DNA from: Eledone cirrhosa
Taxonomy: Eukaryota
Reading direction: 5' to 3'
DNA: 64,000 bases
Assembly: GCA_964016885.1 (NCBI GenBank)
Contig: OZ024740.1
Location: 284,952,001 to 285,016,000 of the forward strand
The notes below the pieces were generated by a model. The model had not been told where the DNA came from, ran no database searches, and saw only the letters and a list, made by a program, of their open reading frames with translations. Position 1 is the first letter of the stretch. Every line of letters begins with the position of its first letter. Made by a program: the position numbers and the translations under genes. This document shows, one piece after another, positions 13,927 to 26,000 of the stretch.

Positions 13927-14078
13927 TAATTGTTTCTACTTTTGGCATAAGCCAGCAATTATCCCAGTGTATTACTGGTACTTTATTTTATGGACCCCCG
14001 TAAGGATGAAAGGCAAAGTTAACCTCAGGGGGATTTGAACTCTATGGCGTCCGACCCTCTACCGAAACTGCCAATATG
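13927..14078 (-). mobile_element. tRNA-derived SINE family A (other copies ~15590-15720, 16065-16250, 17230-17420, 33689-33872, 40930-41255, 44668-44835)
   Basis: Pol III A box (tggcagtatcgg) and B box (gagttcaaatcc), conserved body ctttgcctttcatccttacggggtcgataaaataaagtaccag, and an (aatt/att) tail. Confidence 0.85.
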
Positions 14079-14167
14079 CCAATTTAATAATGATTTCTAA
14101 TTGAGGCATATTACTAGCAGTGTGTGGAAAGGGAAAAGTCAATTATAATGATCCAGTAATTAACTAA

Positions 14168-15589
14168 TCTATACTATAAAGATGACGGCCGTATGTAAGT
14201 AACAAACTTTCCACCAAGCGGCTGGACCAACTGGCACCAAATTTGCACCATAGATGTAATTTTTTCCAAGAAAGTGAGGGTATTTTTGTCTACTGAATTT
14301 TGTTAAAAGAATAAAGACATTATTTAAATATTCACTTCTTTAAAATTTCAAATGTCAACACTTCCGGTTATACGACATTCCTAACGTCTTCATGAACCAA
14401 AGTATCATCTTCCTGTTTTCTTTCGGTTTCAACGTTTTCGAAATATTTACTTCTGCGTTCACAGATTGATTTTTTTAGTTTCAGAAGATCCCGTTAAGAG
14501 TGAAAGCAGCGATTCTTTGCTGAAACTTTAATCTATTTTAATATATATATATATAATTATATATTCGTGTACAGATATTTTTGCATACACAAAAACAAAA
14601 TATAAACAAACGTACTTATCTCACGAAAGCACAGACGGCTTATCGTCATTGTTACTGCCGATATGCCACCCAAAATGTCCTAGCCTGGCCGCAAGATCAG
14701 ATTTTCTAGAAGAAAAAATGTTACTAGAGCAACAGAGAGACTAAGCTTCGAGATTACCATCAACAAAGCTCAGGGTCAAACCCTAAAAGTGGCTGGCCTT
14801 CATCTGGGAAAACCATGGTCAATTGTATGTAGGATGCTCTAGGATGAGCTAAGGAAGAGGAGAGGAAGCAGAGAAGGAGAAAAGAAACCTACAATGAAAG
14901 AACATCTTAAAGTTTACCCAAGCCAAATGTATTTATTAACATTTCTATCTGCAGGTTCTTAGCAAGCTTACTGGCGCTTCAGCATGGTACTCAATTCTCA
15001 TATCGTTTTTGATTGATATGGTGCATATATCGCAGCTTTTCATATGTTTTAAACATTAGATAACGATTGCTGATGTGACAGAATTAGCTGAAAAATATTT
15101 TGAATGAACAAATAAAAGAGATATGTTTGTTGGTTGGTTCCTTCGCGTATCACACGAAAAAAACAAAAAGTGACAATCGGAAAGTATGTACAGGATTGGG
15201 ATAAGAGTATATCCAAGAAAGTTTATTGATACTAATTTTATAACACCAAAGAAGAAGAAAGACATACCACGTATGCTAACCAACCTGACTGCTATTTCTA
15301 GTAGGTTGGGAACCAACCATAAGGGATTCTCTCTGCGAGTTCGTTGTCAGTGATCATCGTGTTTCGCAGCCTATGTCTCCGATTCCAATGGTGGATTACA
15401 CACACACACGAACACTCACACAGGCACACACATACACACATATATATATATATATACACACACACACATATATATATATATACAAACACACACTGTAAAC
15501 AAGACAATACATTCAATACAGACGTTTTCTCTTCTGCCGGTCTTCTCTTATCCTTTGTTAACCTTGGCGAAGCTGGGTACCTCAGCTAG
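14168..15589 (+). mobile_element. non-autonomous Helitron with Pif1-helicase remnant
   Basis: 5' TC(tatactataaa), 3' hairpin accttggcgaagctgggt then CTAG, inserted at A|T. 14738-14843 encodes RLSFEITINKAQGQTLKVAGLHLGKP..GQLYVGCSR (helicase motifs V-VI). It splits a family-A SINE. Confidence 0.9.
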
Positions 15590-17933
15590 TACTATATATT
15601 ATCAACCCTGAAAGGATGAAAGGCAAAGTTGTCCCCAGCAGGATTTGAACTCAGAATGTAAAGGGCCATAACTTTATGCCACAAAATATTTTGTCCAATG
15701 CTCTACGGATACTGCCCAAATGCTAATTTAATAATTACAATAATTTTATTAAATATATCCAAATTCTTCATTATTTTAAAAACTAACTGAAACATACATA
15801 CAGTGATAGAAATATAGTCACAAATGAGTTAAGATCTAGCAAAATGGAAACCATTGTTGTATTAAATTTTCCACTTCAATTCTCATGGTAATCTCTTAGT
15901 TCTAATTCATATTTGTAGCTATGTCAGTTCACTTGTCATTAATACTTTTGAGAAAAGCATGAATATCACACAATCCCACTTCTCCTTTCTTTATATGCCC
16001 GAGTCCTTATGCCTAGCAAATCTCTTATAAAGCTAAAAATCAATACTACTGTATATTGAAGTTTAATAATTGTTTCGACTTTTGACACAAGGCCAGCAAT
16101 TATCCCAGTGCGTTACTGGTGCATTACATTATCGACCCCGTAAGGATGAATAGCAAAGCCAACTATGGCGAGATTTTAAATCAGAACACAAAGGGCCATA
16201 ACTCTATGCTGCAAAGCATGGTGTCTGACGCTGTACCGATACTGCCAAATGAATATATTTATAAATATATTTGAGTGCATACAAAACAGCAATCTAAAAA
16301 TATTTACTGAAAAGAAAGATTGCTAAGTGGCTAAGGTAGGTAGACTACAACAAGCAATCTATAAACTGAAATCCTACCACTGACATCGTCGTGTGCCTTA
16401 AGAAAGACGGTATATTAGTCTACTTATTCAAAAATGTGAGTGGTTGGCATTATGGAAGAACATAGGATTGTGAAATATTTGCATGAAACATTCTTGCAAA
16501 TGTTTTAATTTTCCAATCATCTATGTCATATTATTCTCAATGATAGATTTTAAAAGGACAAGATTAAAAAAAAAAAAAAATATGTATGAATTTCCATAAA
16601 AGCTACACAGTGCATAACATACAAATATTTATCAACCCCAGACAGAGATGACTGGCCAAGTTAACCCTAGTAGGATAGAACTCAGAACATAGAGAGATGG
16701 AGTTGAATACTATAAAGTATTTTGCCACTTCAAAGAATGAATGGAAATTATTCTAAACTATATAGGGAACAACTAGTAAATAAATACATCTACCACTCAA
16801 AGGGGTCATAGTTCACATCCCATTCTCAGTATTGTGTTTGAATAAACATACTTTTAGCTCTTAATATCTATATAACTGGTAAAAAGAAATCACAGTAAAC
16901 AGTGAGGGAATAGAGTACTTGATAGGTACTTTCAGTTGCAGTGTTGAACACAAATCCACCCACTAGCAAAATTGGTGACAGATGTGCCTCTCAAATCTTC
17001 TGTGACAGGAACATTAAAATAAACTTCAAGACAGTACAAAAACATAAAAGATTACATATTTTTTTTAAAAGGCAGACAAAATAAAAAATTTAGAATAGAT
17101 ACAAAATATTTTATTAAAAACGCTTGAGCACACCACCGTTTATAGTAACAATAAAGAAGCTCTCGGAAATGTTATATGATTGTATATAAAGTATGTTAAA
17201 GTACAAAACTGTACATTAACCAGCTTATTACAGGCAGAATTGTTACAGTATCTCACAAAACACTTTATGGCATTTAATCGCAGCTCTTTATGTTCTGAGT
17301 TCAAATCCCACCAAGGTCAACGTTGCCTTTCATCTTTCAGAGGTCAATGAAATAAAGTATTAATCAACTTTCTTCTTCCTGTAAAATTTCTGGCCTTGTG
17401 CCTAAATTAGAAACCATTATTATTGTTGTGAAAAGGCAATAGAGAAGCACAACTAGTAAAGTGCCACCAAACTAAAAGCTATGTGGTATTTAGTCTTGAC
17501 CCTCTATATTCCAAGTTCAAATCCCATTGAGGGGTATGTCTTGATTTTCATTCCTCTGGAACCAATAAAATAATCTATATATAAATTTCTGCGATTCTGT
17601 CACATGTAAAGAGAATAGTTTGACTACCTTATACTACTCCTCTCTCTTTACGTCTGCTGCCTGCATGAATGTATCTGTGTGTAAAAGGAAAGAAGGGGAT
17701 GGTGAAAAAACTACGCTGTGTGTGAGTACATGTGTAAATGTATGTGTGTGTTTGTGTGAAGGTATGTGTATTTGTGTGAATGTATGTCTGTGAATGCATA
17801 TTTTTGTAAGTGTGTCTGTGTTTGCACGTTTATATTTATATACTCATACATATAAATGTATGCATATGTACATACACACACACATATACACATACGCGTT
17901 AGCATATGGAATAAAATTTGAGTTTTTAAAAAA

Positions 17934-18200
17934 AGGTTAAAGTTTGTCCCAAGCCTGGAGGCTCATCAGATCAGTGTATACTCCGGTTTCCTTGGTGTTT
18001 AGCGACTGAAAATACAGGACTTCCCACTGGACAGGACATCCGTCTATTGCAGGGTTAACTCTCAGTTACTGTTGGCACTCATTATCAGCTGAGTGTACTG
18101 GAGTAACATGAAATAAAGTGTTTTGCTCAAGAACACAATGTGCAACCCAGTCCAGGAATCAAACTCACAACATTATGATAATAAGTCCAACGCCCTAACC
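17934..18200 (-). mobile_element. V-domain-type tRNA SINE
   Basis: Reverse complement has a tRNA-like head, then aaccctgcaatagacggatgtcctgtccag...agtcgct...ggaaaccggag (V-SINE-like central domain) and an (acctt)-type tail. Confidence 0.65.
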
Positions 18201-20113
18201 AGTCCTTTATTGTGCTCAATCCAATCAACTATGCCCTTTCTCTACAAATTTCTGACCTTGTAAAACTCTTGTTGTTGTAAAAGGAGAGTGGGATCTTAAA
18301 AACCATAAAACTTTAAATTTAATGCCTGATATTTAATTTTTGCTAAAGCTAGTATGTTCTAAGTTCAAATCCTAGTGGGATCAACTGTACTTTCCATTCC
18401 CCCGAGGTCCATAAAATAACTACCAGGATTTACTGACTATATGCCTTCTTAGTAAAAATTTGTGCTCAAAAAGCCAATGTTATTTTCTTTCTGTGCTGTG
18501 GTCTTAATTCTTAACTGAAGCAATTTCATTTTATGTGTTACTAATCATTTACATTACTCTATATATACTATTATATTTTCACATTAAAGGTTTTACTTTA
18601 CATAATTATCTCACATAGTATTGAATCGATGAGATTTTGATATTTATTTTGGAAACAATTCCTTAATATCAGTATGAGCAGCTGGTTACAGCCAGTTTAA
18701 ACAGAAAGAGGTGAGAGAATATGGCCGGTTTAAATGCTAGAGGGTTAAGCCACCATAAATAACTTACCAAATAACTTGACTGATAGCAGGCTATTTGCTA
18801 AGCTGTGTCAACAACATGAGCATCTATGTGGTTGCTTGACCTACTAGAAATAGTAGCTAAATCATCCTGAAACCAAACTACAGTCTTAAAAAAAAAAGAC
18901 AGTGGATAATAACCTAGCTACACAAAGTTTGAAAAATAAAACAAAAAAGCATAGTCAGAACTGGAATACCTTTGATCAGAGATCTGCTTGATCAGGGTTC
19001 ATCTGGGACTAAACAACAATAACAAAGGAGCAAATTACTGAATTAAAAGAAATATGGTATTAAGTTATAGCCAGAAAATAATGGCAAAGTAATCAAGATA
19101 TGAAACTGGGGAGAGGGTGTAAGATAATAAGGACTGCAACAATCAACAGTGCCTTAAGGTAAGAGACATGATCTGTCTGTAAAATAGAGAACAAGGGAAA
19201 GAGAAAGCTCATACAGGGCAACTAGTGTAACTATATCATAATAGTAACCAGAATCTCAATGACATACCAACAAACAAAACTCAGCAAAACAAACTAAAAC
19301 AAAGAAAATAACTCCTACTTCATTGTTTTAAGTCTTAAAGCATTTTTGAGTCCCACATTTTTTTCATTTTACATGATGTTCAAACATGCAGTCACACACA
19401 TATACTCACATTCACACATACATTCATATACTTTATTTCAACATAAAAAGTAGAGTTAGGGTTGTTCAATATAGAAAGGTGGAGGATAAAAAAAAAAAAA
19501 ACATAATAAAAAAAATAAAAAAATGTATAACAAAAAGAAAACAACTACAAGTAAATTTCTAGGTCACAATAGTTCTGGTTCTATTTACATCTGGGTAGAA
19601 ACAATGAGAACAAGTTTACTAGGATCAAGAGTTCTAGATATTAAAAGTCAAGAAGATGGTAAAACAGCTGTGTAACTGAAAAAAATATGAGATAAAACAT
19701 ATTCAGAGATAAGTAGAATTAAAAAAAAAAATAGGAGGAGGGAAGTTAATGTAGAAAGAAGGCAAGAAAAATATTATTGAACAGTGAAGAAGAAAATATA
19801 AAGTAAAAGGTGTGAGAAGATTAAGGGGAAACATCTCTTGACACTTAATCCCCTCCCACCTTGCTGTAATAACTTTGTAAGAACCAAGAACAGATATATG
19901 TTTCTTATGATTATGATATGCCCTAAGGTATATTTAGGCAGTGGGGAGAACAAGATCAACTATTTTCAATGAAACTGAAATGTCTTCATCAGTGCATCAG
20001 CTGATGAGTATGACTAATGATGAACAACATAGATTGAATCAAAAGGTTCTTAATTTCCTGTCTCTACAGTTTAGAATCTCCAGCTAATCATTGAACTAAA
20101 TTGTAAGCCTTAA

Positions 20114-20333
20114 CCCTTTAGAATTTAAACCAGCTATATCCGGCCAGAATTCTCTCACCTTATCTATTCAAACTGGCCATAACTGTCTACTCATACTTAT
20201 GTCAAAGTATTTTCCTCAAAATAAATAATATCAAAATCTTGAAAATTCAATATTATATGAGATAATTATGTGAAATAAAGTATTTACTGTGAAAATACAA
20301 TAGTAAATATAGAATAATGTAAATGCTAAAGGG
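20114..20333. mobile_element. piggyBac-like MITE
   Basis: TTAA|ccctttagaattta...taaatgctaaaggg|TTAA. A related inverted copy ends at ~18748. Confidence 0.75.
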
Positions 20334-20429
20334 TTAAAATGTTTAAACTAAAAGATTTTAAATATACTTTTTACAGAAACGAAGTGTATGTGATTATATA
20401 TATATATATATACAGATATATAAATATAT

Positions 20430-20740
20430 AGTAATGCTTTCGCAGTTTTGTCCATGGGACGCAGCGCTAACACTGCCACATTTTGCTGGTCTTCCAGTCA
20501 CTTCTGTGTGCCAATACACTTCTTGTCCTCCTCCTCTTTCAATCTTTTCTATATTTTATCCACCTTGTGGATTATCTCTCTGTTGACCACTGGTCTCTGT
20601 CCTCTGAAGCATTTTTGCCCATCGCTGTCTTTGAAAGCATTTAGCTGTTTTAACGGATGTTCTAGCGATGATTTTTCTCATTTTTATATGTATTCAAATG
20701 CACTCTTGCTTTGTCTCGATCAGTGACAACATTGTGTTTC
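20430..20740 (-). mobile_element. degraded LINE C-terminus / 3' end
   Basis: Minus strand reads ..STRWIKYRKD*KRR..LAHRSDWKT, typical of a LINE ORF end. Flanked by (TA)n on both sides. Confidence 0.45.
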
Positions 20741-21069
20741 ACATATATTTACATATACATACATATATATATATATATATAAAAACAAGTAAAATTCCAT
20801 TATAATGAATACCATTATAACAAATTTTTCAGTATAATGAAATTTTTTTTCAATCCCCAAGGTAATAAACAAACAAACGCTCCATTTGTTTCGGTCGATC
20901 TCATTATAAAGAATTTTCGTGAAATTCAAGAAGGGCATGCCATCTTAAAACAACTATTCCAACTGAAGTATAGACCTCATTAAGTTAGACATAAGAAGAG
21001 CATGCATTCTTAAAACAACTGCTTCAAGAATAAATTGAAATACTTATCAATAACAAAAATATACTTATT

Positions 21070-21360
21070 ACTCTTTCTTTCTTATTGGTTTCTGTCACTA
21101 GACTGCAGCCTGGAAGGAATTTAGTTGACCATTTCAACCCCAGTACTTATTTTATTCAATTCATCTTTTTTTGTCAAACTGCTAAGTTACAAGGCATACA
21201 CATACACACACAAAGGGCTTCTGCAGTTTTTGTCAACCAATTTACACTCACAAAGCATTGGTCAACTTGAGGTAATAGTAGAAAACACTTGCCCAAGGTG
21301 ATCAAGTGAGAGTGAACCCCAAACCACATGGTTGCAAAGCAAACACCTTAACCATGCAAT
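21070..21360 (-). mobile_element. tRNA-SINE (third family; similar at ~39560-39680, ~57460-57580)
   Basis: Reverse complement: tgcatggttaaggtgtttgctttgcaaccatgtggtttggggttcac...accttgggcaagtgttttctactat. Confidence 0.6.
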
Positions 21361-23280
21361 TAAAAATAAATTGTTTTGTATAAAAAAAAATTGAATCTAA
21401 AGATAAGTTCTAAATACAATTCATGTCTTTAACCTGCAAATTATTTCTTATATTTTATTTCCTATAAACTTTGGTATGATGGATGATAAATAAATCCAGC
21501 AAGGTGAATAAAAATAAGAAAACTATTTTAGGAACAGAATTATATATAAAGAAACGTTCACTGTATTACTATGTTAAAATAACTGGTAGTGGTGAATCAA
21601 AGCTTAAATAAATAAGCATTTACTTAATTAAACATTAAAGACACTGGAAAAGACTCTTCTAGAATGTAATAACAATCAAGAAGATTTTAAGATATGACTA
21701 TGTAAATTAGCAACTATTTACAACTAATTTTCCAAGAATTAAAGTATATAAACAATGCTGCAATTTATAATTTATTTTGAATATTGTTACACTTTTTCTG
21801 TGAGAAATTGGAAATACAAGTTTTAGAATGTGTATTATTATTATCTTTATTTGAGAAGAAAAAAAAATAAGGTGGCTGAGCAAAAATTCCAAATATCAAC
21901 AAAATATCACACTTCCTCAATAAGTTTGGTGAAATTGTTTGCAATTCCTATTTTCTCTGAATTGACATTCGAAAATTGTTTGTGTTGTTAAAAAAAACTA
22001 TTTCTTCTAGCACAAGAAATTAATACAAATCAGATGAATTTTAAATCAGTATAAATGCCATGATATCAACACCTAAAATTCCTTTAAGCAATCAACTTTT
22101 AAATACAATACTATCCTCATTCTACAGCTGAACTGTTGAGTTTCGGAAAACAACCTACTTGGAAACCAGTAGATCTAGTATCAGAGCAAATATCCAGAAT
22201 TGCAGAACAATTTAAGCCAAGTTAACATAATAAATGTTGCCAACCTGCTTTACAGCATACTTCACCCTAGTTACAAACTCAATGGCATTTTATCTATTCA
22301 TATATGAAATAAAATATGACAATTTCATAACCGTGTTTCATTTTCTTTCACATTAATTTTAATTTTTATTACATCCCACTCATTTAAAATAGATATATTT
22401 CTTTATTAGCCACAGGGGCACAAAAGAAGGGGACAAAATAGATAGTTGCTTCATATGTAGCAGCAGGATATCTGATTTTCAAGGAATTTTAAAGAAAGCG
22501 GTAGCTACAACAAATGAAAAATACAACATACTACTGATGACATGATAAATTACCCCAGTTCATATAGTAAAGTGATTAGTGAAAGGGCATCTGCCTGTAA
22601 AAGCAATGCTGAAAATCACAAGCAATAAATGAAAGAGATGTGAACTCCATAGGCTGCATACATTCAACTCATCTAAGAGAGCAGCAACTTTGAACTAAGG
22701 GGAAAATGTAACACAGTAAAGTCCCATTGCTGGTAGAACCTCAAGTACTGGCAGCACCAAAGAATGAACACAATACATGCTGTAAAGTGGTTGGTGATAG
22801 TATTAAATATATATTTATATACACACACACACATATCATCATAGAGAGAGAGATAAAGACACACACAACAATAAAGACTGGCAACTTCTCTGCTGTGTGA
22901 GTGCTAGATGATGAAGGACCATAAGTGGTGAGAATCTGTGAAAGCTGACCAACCCATTCCAGCATGGGAAAACAAAATGATATATATAAATGTAAATATA
23001 TCTTCAGCGTAATTATAACCACAAACACTCCCTCTCAATCAGACATCATATATCAATACCCACAATAAAATATCTGGAGGCAATTAGCAGTGTACCAAGA
23101 AAATTATGCCACACACCACAGCACATATGAATTAATTAATAAGAAAGTATTTCCCAACTTGCTATATGATTGAAATCCTGATTTTTCTGTTGTCAGACCG
23201 GTATGTTTTCTCTAGTGATAAAATATTTCTTTGAACAGGGCTAGAAATACTTTCATATATATATATATATATATATATAT

Positions 23281-23549
23281 CCAAGGGGTGTAACTTGTAG
23301 TTACTGCAGGTTCACCCGGGAGAGCACTCGATGTTTAGGTTCACTTCTGTGATGAGGTGTAGAGCTATACAGAGTGTAATATATTGAAAGGATAACAGCA
23401 TTTTAAAGGGTCCGTCGAGCCGCCGATTATTGAGTCGGGTAGGATCGATACAGATCGAACCTTGAGCTGATCAGTGGCGAAACGCGCGTCACCTACCAAT
23501 AAATGCAATGAAGGAGTAATCAATCGTCCTTGTTATCCTTTCAATATAT
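23281..23549 (+). mobile_element. (TA)n-embedded fold-back mini-element with hammerhead-like GAAAC-GCGC-GTC motif
   Basis: Perfect 19-bp inverted repeat 23379-23397 / 23531-23549. Inner ggtagg/cctacc helix. Contains CTGATCA-gtggc-GAAAC-GCGC-GTC at 23467-23490. Confidence 0.55.
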
Positions 23550-24469
23550 ATATATATATCTATATATAACAAATTATTATACTTCATGTTTGTAATATAA
23601 AATATTACAAGCATTAAATATATGGAACTATTTCTAGCCTTGCTTTAAAACAAAGCTGGAATCATCATCATTTACCGTTCGGTTTTTTTCCTCGTAGCAA
23701 GGGTACAATGTCATCACAGACAAGTTGGTTCTCAAGCTGAACCAGTGACCTCCATGTAGGCTAGGGGCACACATCTCACATTGACATATTTTATTGATTG
23801 TTCCAAAAGGCCAGAGACCTGACATAGGATCCCACTCTCTAATGAGTGCATTTTATTATGGAACTATCCCTAGGAAAGTTGTCACATCTTTGACACAACT
23901 GAAGAATCCTTTCAACCTTTTGTTTGGCAAGTTTTTTTTAATAGTTGGATGCCTTTCCTATTACCTTTACAAAGTGTACTAGGTACATTTATCATGTAGA
24001 TCAATCACACTAGACTAGACTGACAAACTTGATAACAACTGCCGAGTCCTCTCAACCCTTTTGACATAGTTTCTTTATAGAGATAACCTTCCTATCACCA
24101 ACCATTTTACAGAGTGTACTGGGGGCATTTATTATGTAGATCACCAACACTAGGGAGGTTGTCATGTCTATGGCACAACTGAAGAGTGCTTCTGACCCTT
24201 TGACAGTATAAAAAAGTGCAGGGTGCTCGAGGTGGTAGGGTGCCTTAAAAGTGGAAGACCTAGAAGATGTGGGATGAAACAATAAAGGCTGACCTAGTTC
24301 AACTGAACTTCTGAACAGAGATGACAGAGGACCAAGATTTCTGGTGCTATGAGGTACAACAAAAGACTCAAGTCGACAACCCACCCCAGCCCACACCATA
24401 AACATGGATTGTGCTTTGAAAGGGCATTCAGCTGTCATGGAATCCCAGCCCAAAACATTGTCTCACTAT

Positions 24470-25190
24470 GAGCAACAGTGGTCCCAGCATGGCCAACCAG
24501 CCAGACCTACCTCATAACATGCCCATCTAGCTCCCATAATATGGGTCCGTTGGCCTGACTTACCTCATAAATGTGACCCCAGTCCCCCTCTGTAAATGTG
24601 GTTGGGTTGGTGTTAGGAAAGGAATCCAACAGCTGTAAAAATCCCAGCCAAAACACAGGTCCCACTATGAGCAGGGTACGACACGGCCAACTGGCCAGAC
24701 TTACCTCATAACAGGACCACGATTCCATTACGAGCAAGGTACGGTGAGGCCAACTGGCCAGACTCCTCCTCATAACAGGACAACCCAGTTCCACACTGTA
24801 AATGTGGCTGGCGGTAGGAAGGGCATCCAGCAGCCGTAAAAACCCAGCCTGAACATGGCCTCACTATGAGCAAGGCATGGTGCAGTCAACTGGCCAGAGC
24901 TCCCTCATAATGCGACCACCCAGCTCCCAAATTACATTTCAGCTGCAAGCAGGGTACGGTGCGACCAACTGCCTAGACCCTCCTCATAATTGTGCTACCC
25001 AGTCACACACAGTAAACATGGTTGGTGTTAGGAAGGGCATCCAGCAGCTGTAAAAGTCCCAGCCAAAATACAGTCCTGTTTGAGTAATGTATGGCATAGT
25101 TATCTGGCCAGGCATGTTTCATAACATGGACGACCTATCTAACCCACGCAAGCATGGAAATATAGAGGTTAAACGGTGATTATGATGATA
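24470..25190 (+). repeat. tandemly reiterated RTE-type tail modules
   Basis: Several copies of actatgagcaaggtacgg...ccaactggccagac..cctcataac, interleaved with three ggttggtgttaggaagggcatcc modules and ending in an (ATG)n tail. Confidence 0.7.
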
Positions 25191-26000
25191 TATACAGTGA
25201 TTGTATATGAAATAAATATCATAGTGCTGAACAGCAAAGATGGAAGCTGGAAATATTTTATGTCAATGCTCTAGTGAATCATTTGCTTTTTGAATTTCAA
25301 AAGTTCAAAAGAGTAAAAACTTATTGTGTAAAGCATGAATACTTCATTTATCTTATGGCCTGGATTTTATCCTGACCTATACTTTGGGCCTTAAGTCAGC
25401 TGGTTAGGAGTGAGACAACTTGTCTAGAGTTGCTTACTTGTGAAGAGAATAATAGATGCTTTCAGTTAAAGTGATATTTCCCAGCATTAAAAAAGCACAG
25501 TAGCTAAAAAAATGTATATGTATTATATGACTTGATTTGTTAAATATGCGTATAAGAAAATATAGCAAATATATAAAAAAAAGGAAAATGACTTGATTTT
25601 TGTACACCTCTAAACTATGTATACCACATTTGAACTTGGTAGTTGCAGTGATTTATCACTAAAGCTTATTGTTTTAAGCAAAGGAAAATTTATTGAAGTC
25701 TATCTTAATCGTTGTAAGCAGTTTATATATATATGTATATATATATATAGTATATGTTAGGTTATATTGGAGTTTACCAATATATATCCTGGTAAAGATT
25801 ATAGAAGCTCAATGCTAATCAGTAACCGTGGTCGATCAGTAATCCAAAACAGTGATTTTTCTCTGTAAATTACGTTATTGATTGTTATGGCACAAAATTT
25901 AATAATTTAAGGGTGAATAACCAATTTAGATTTATAACATGATTTTACTCTATGTGCGTTTCAATGTACAACAGCCGGCCATACCTCAATATATATATAT

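Noticed and set aside
17955-17975. CTGATGAG on the minus strand
   Set aside because: Part of the V-SINE 3' region, with no downstream GAAA or stems.
19960-20015. Two CTGATGA motifs on opposite strands
   Set aside because: No convincing stem I or II pairing around either.
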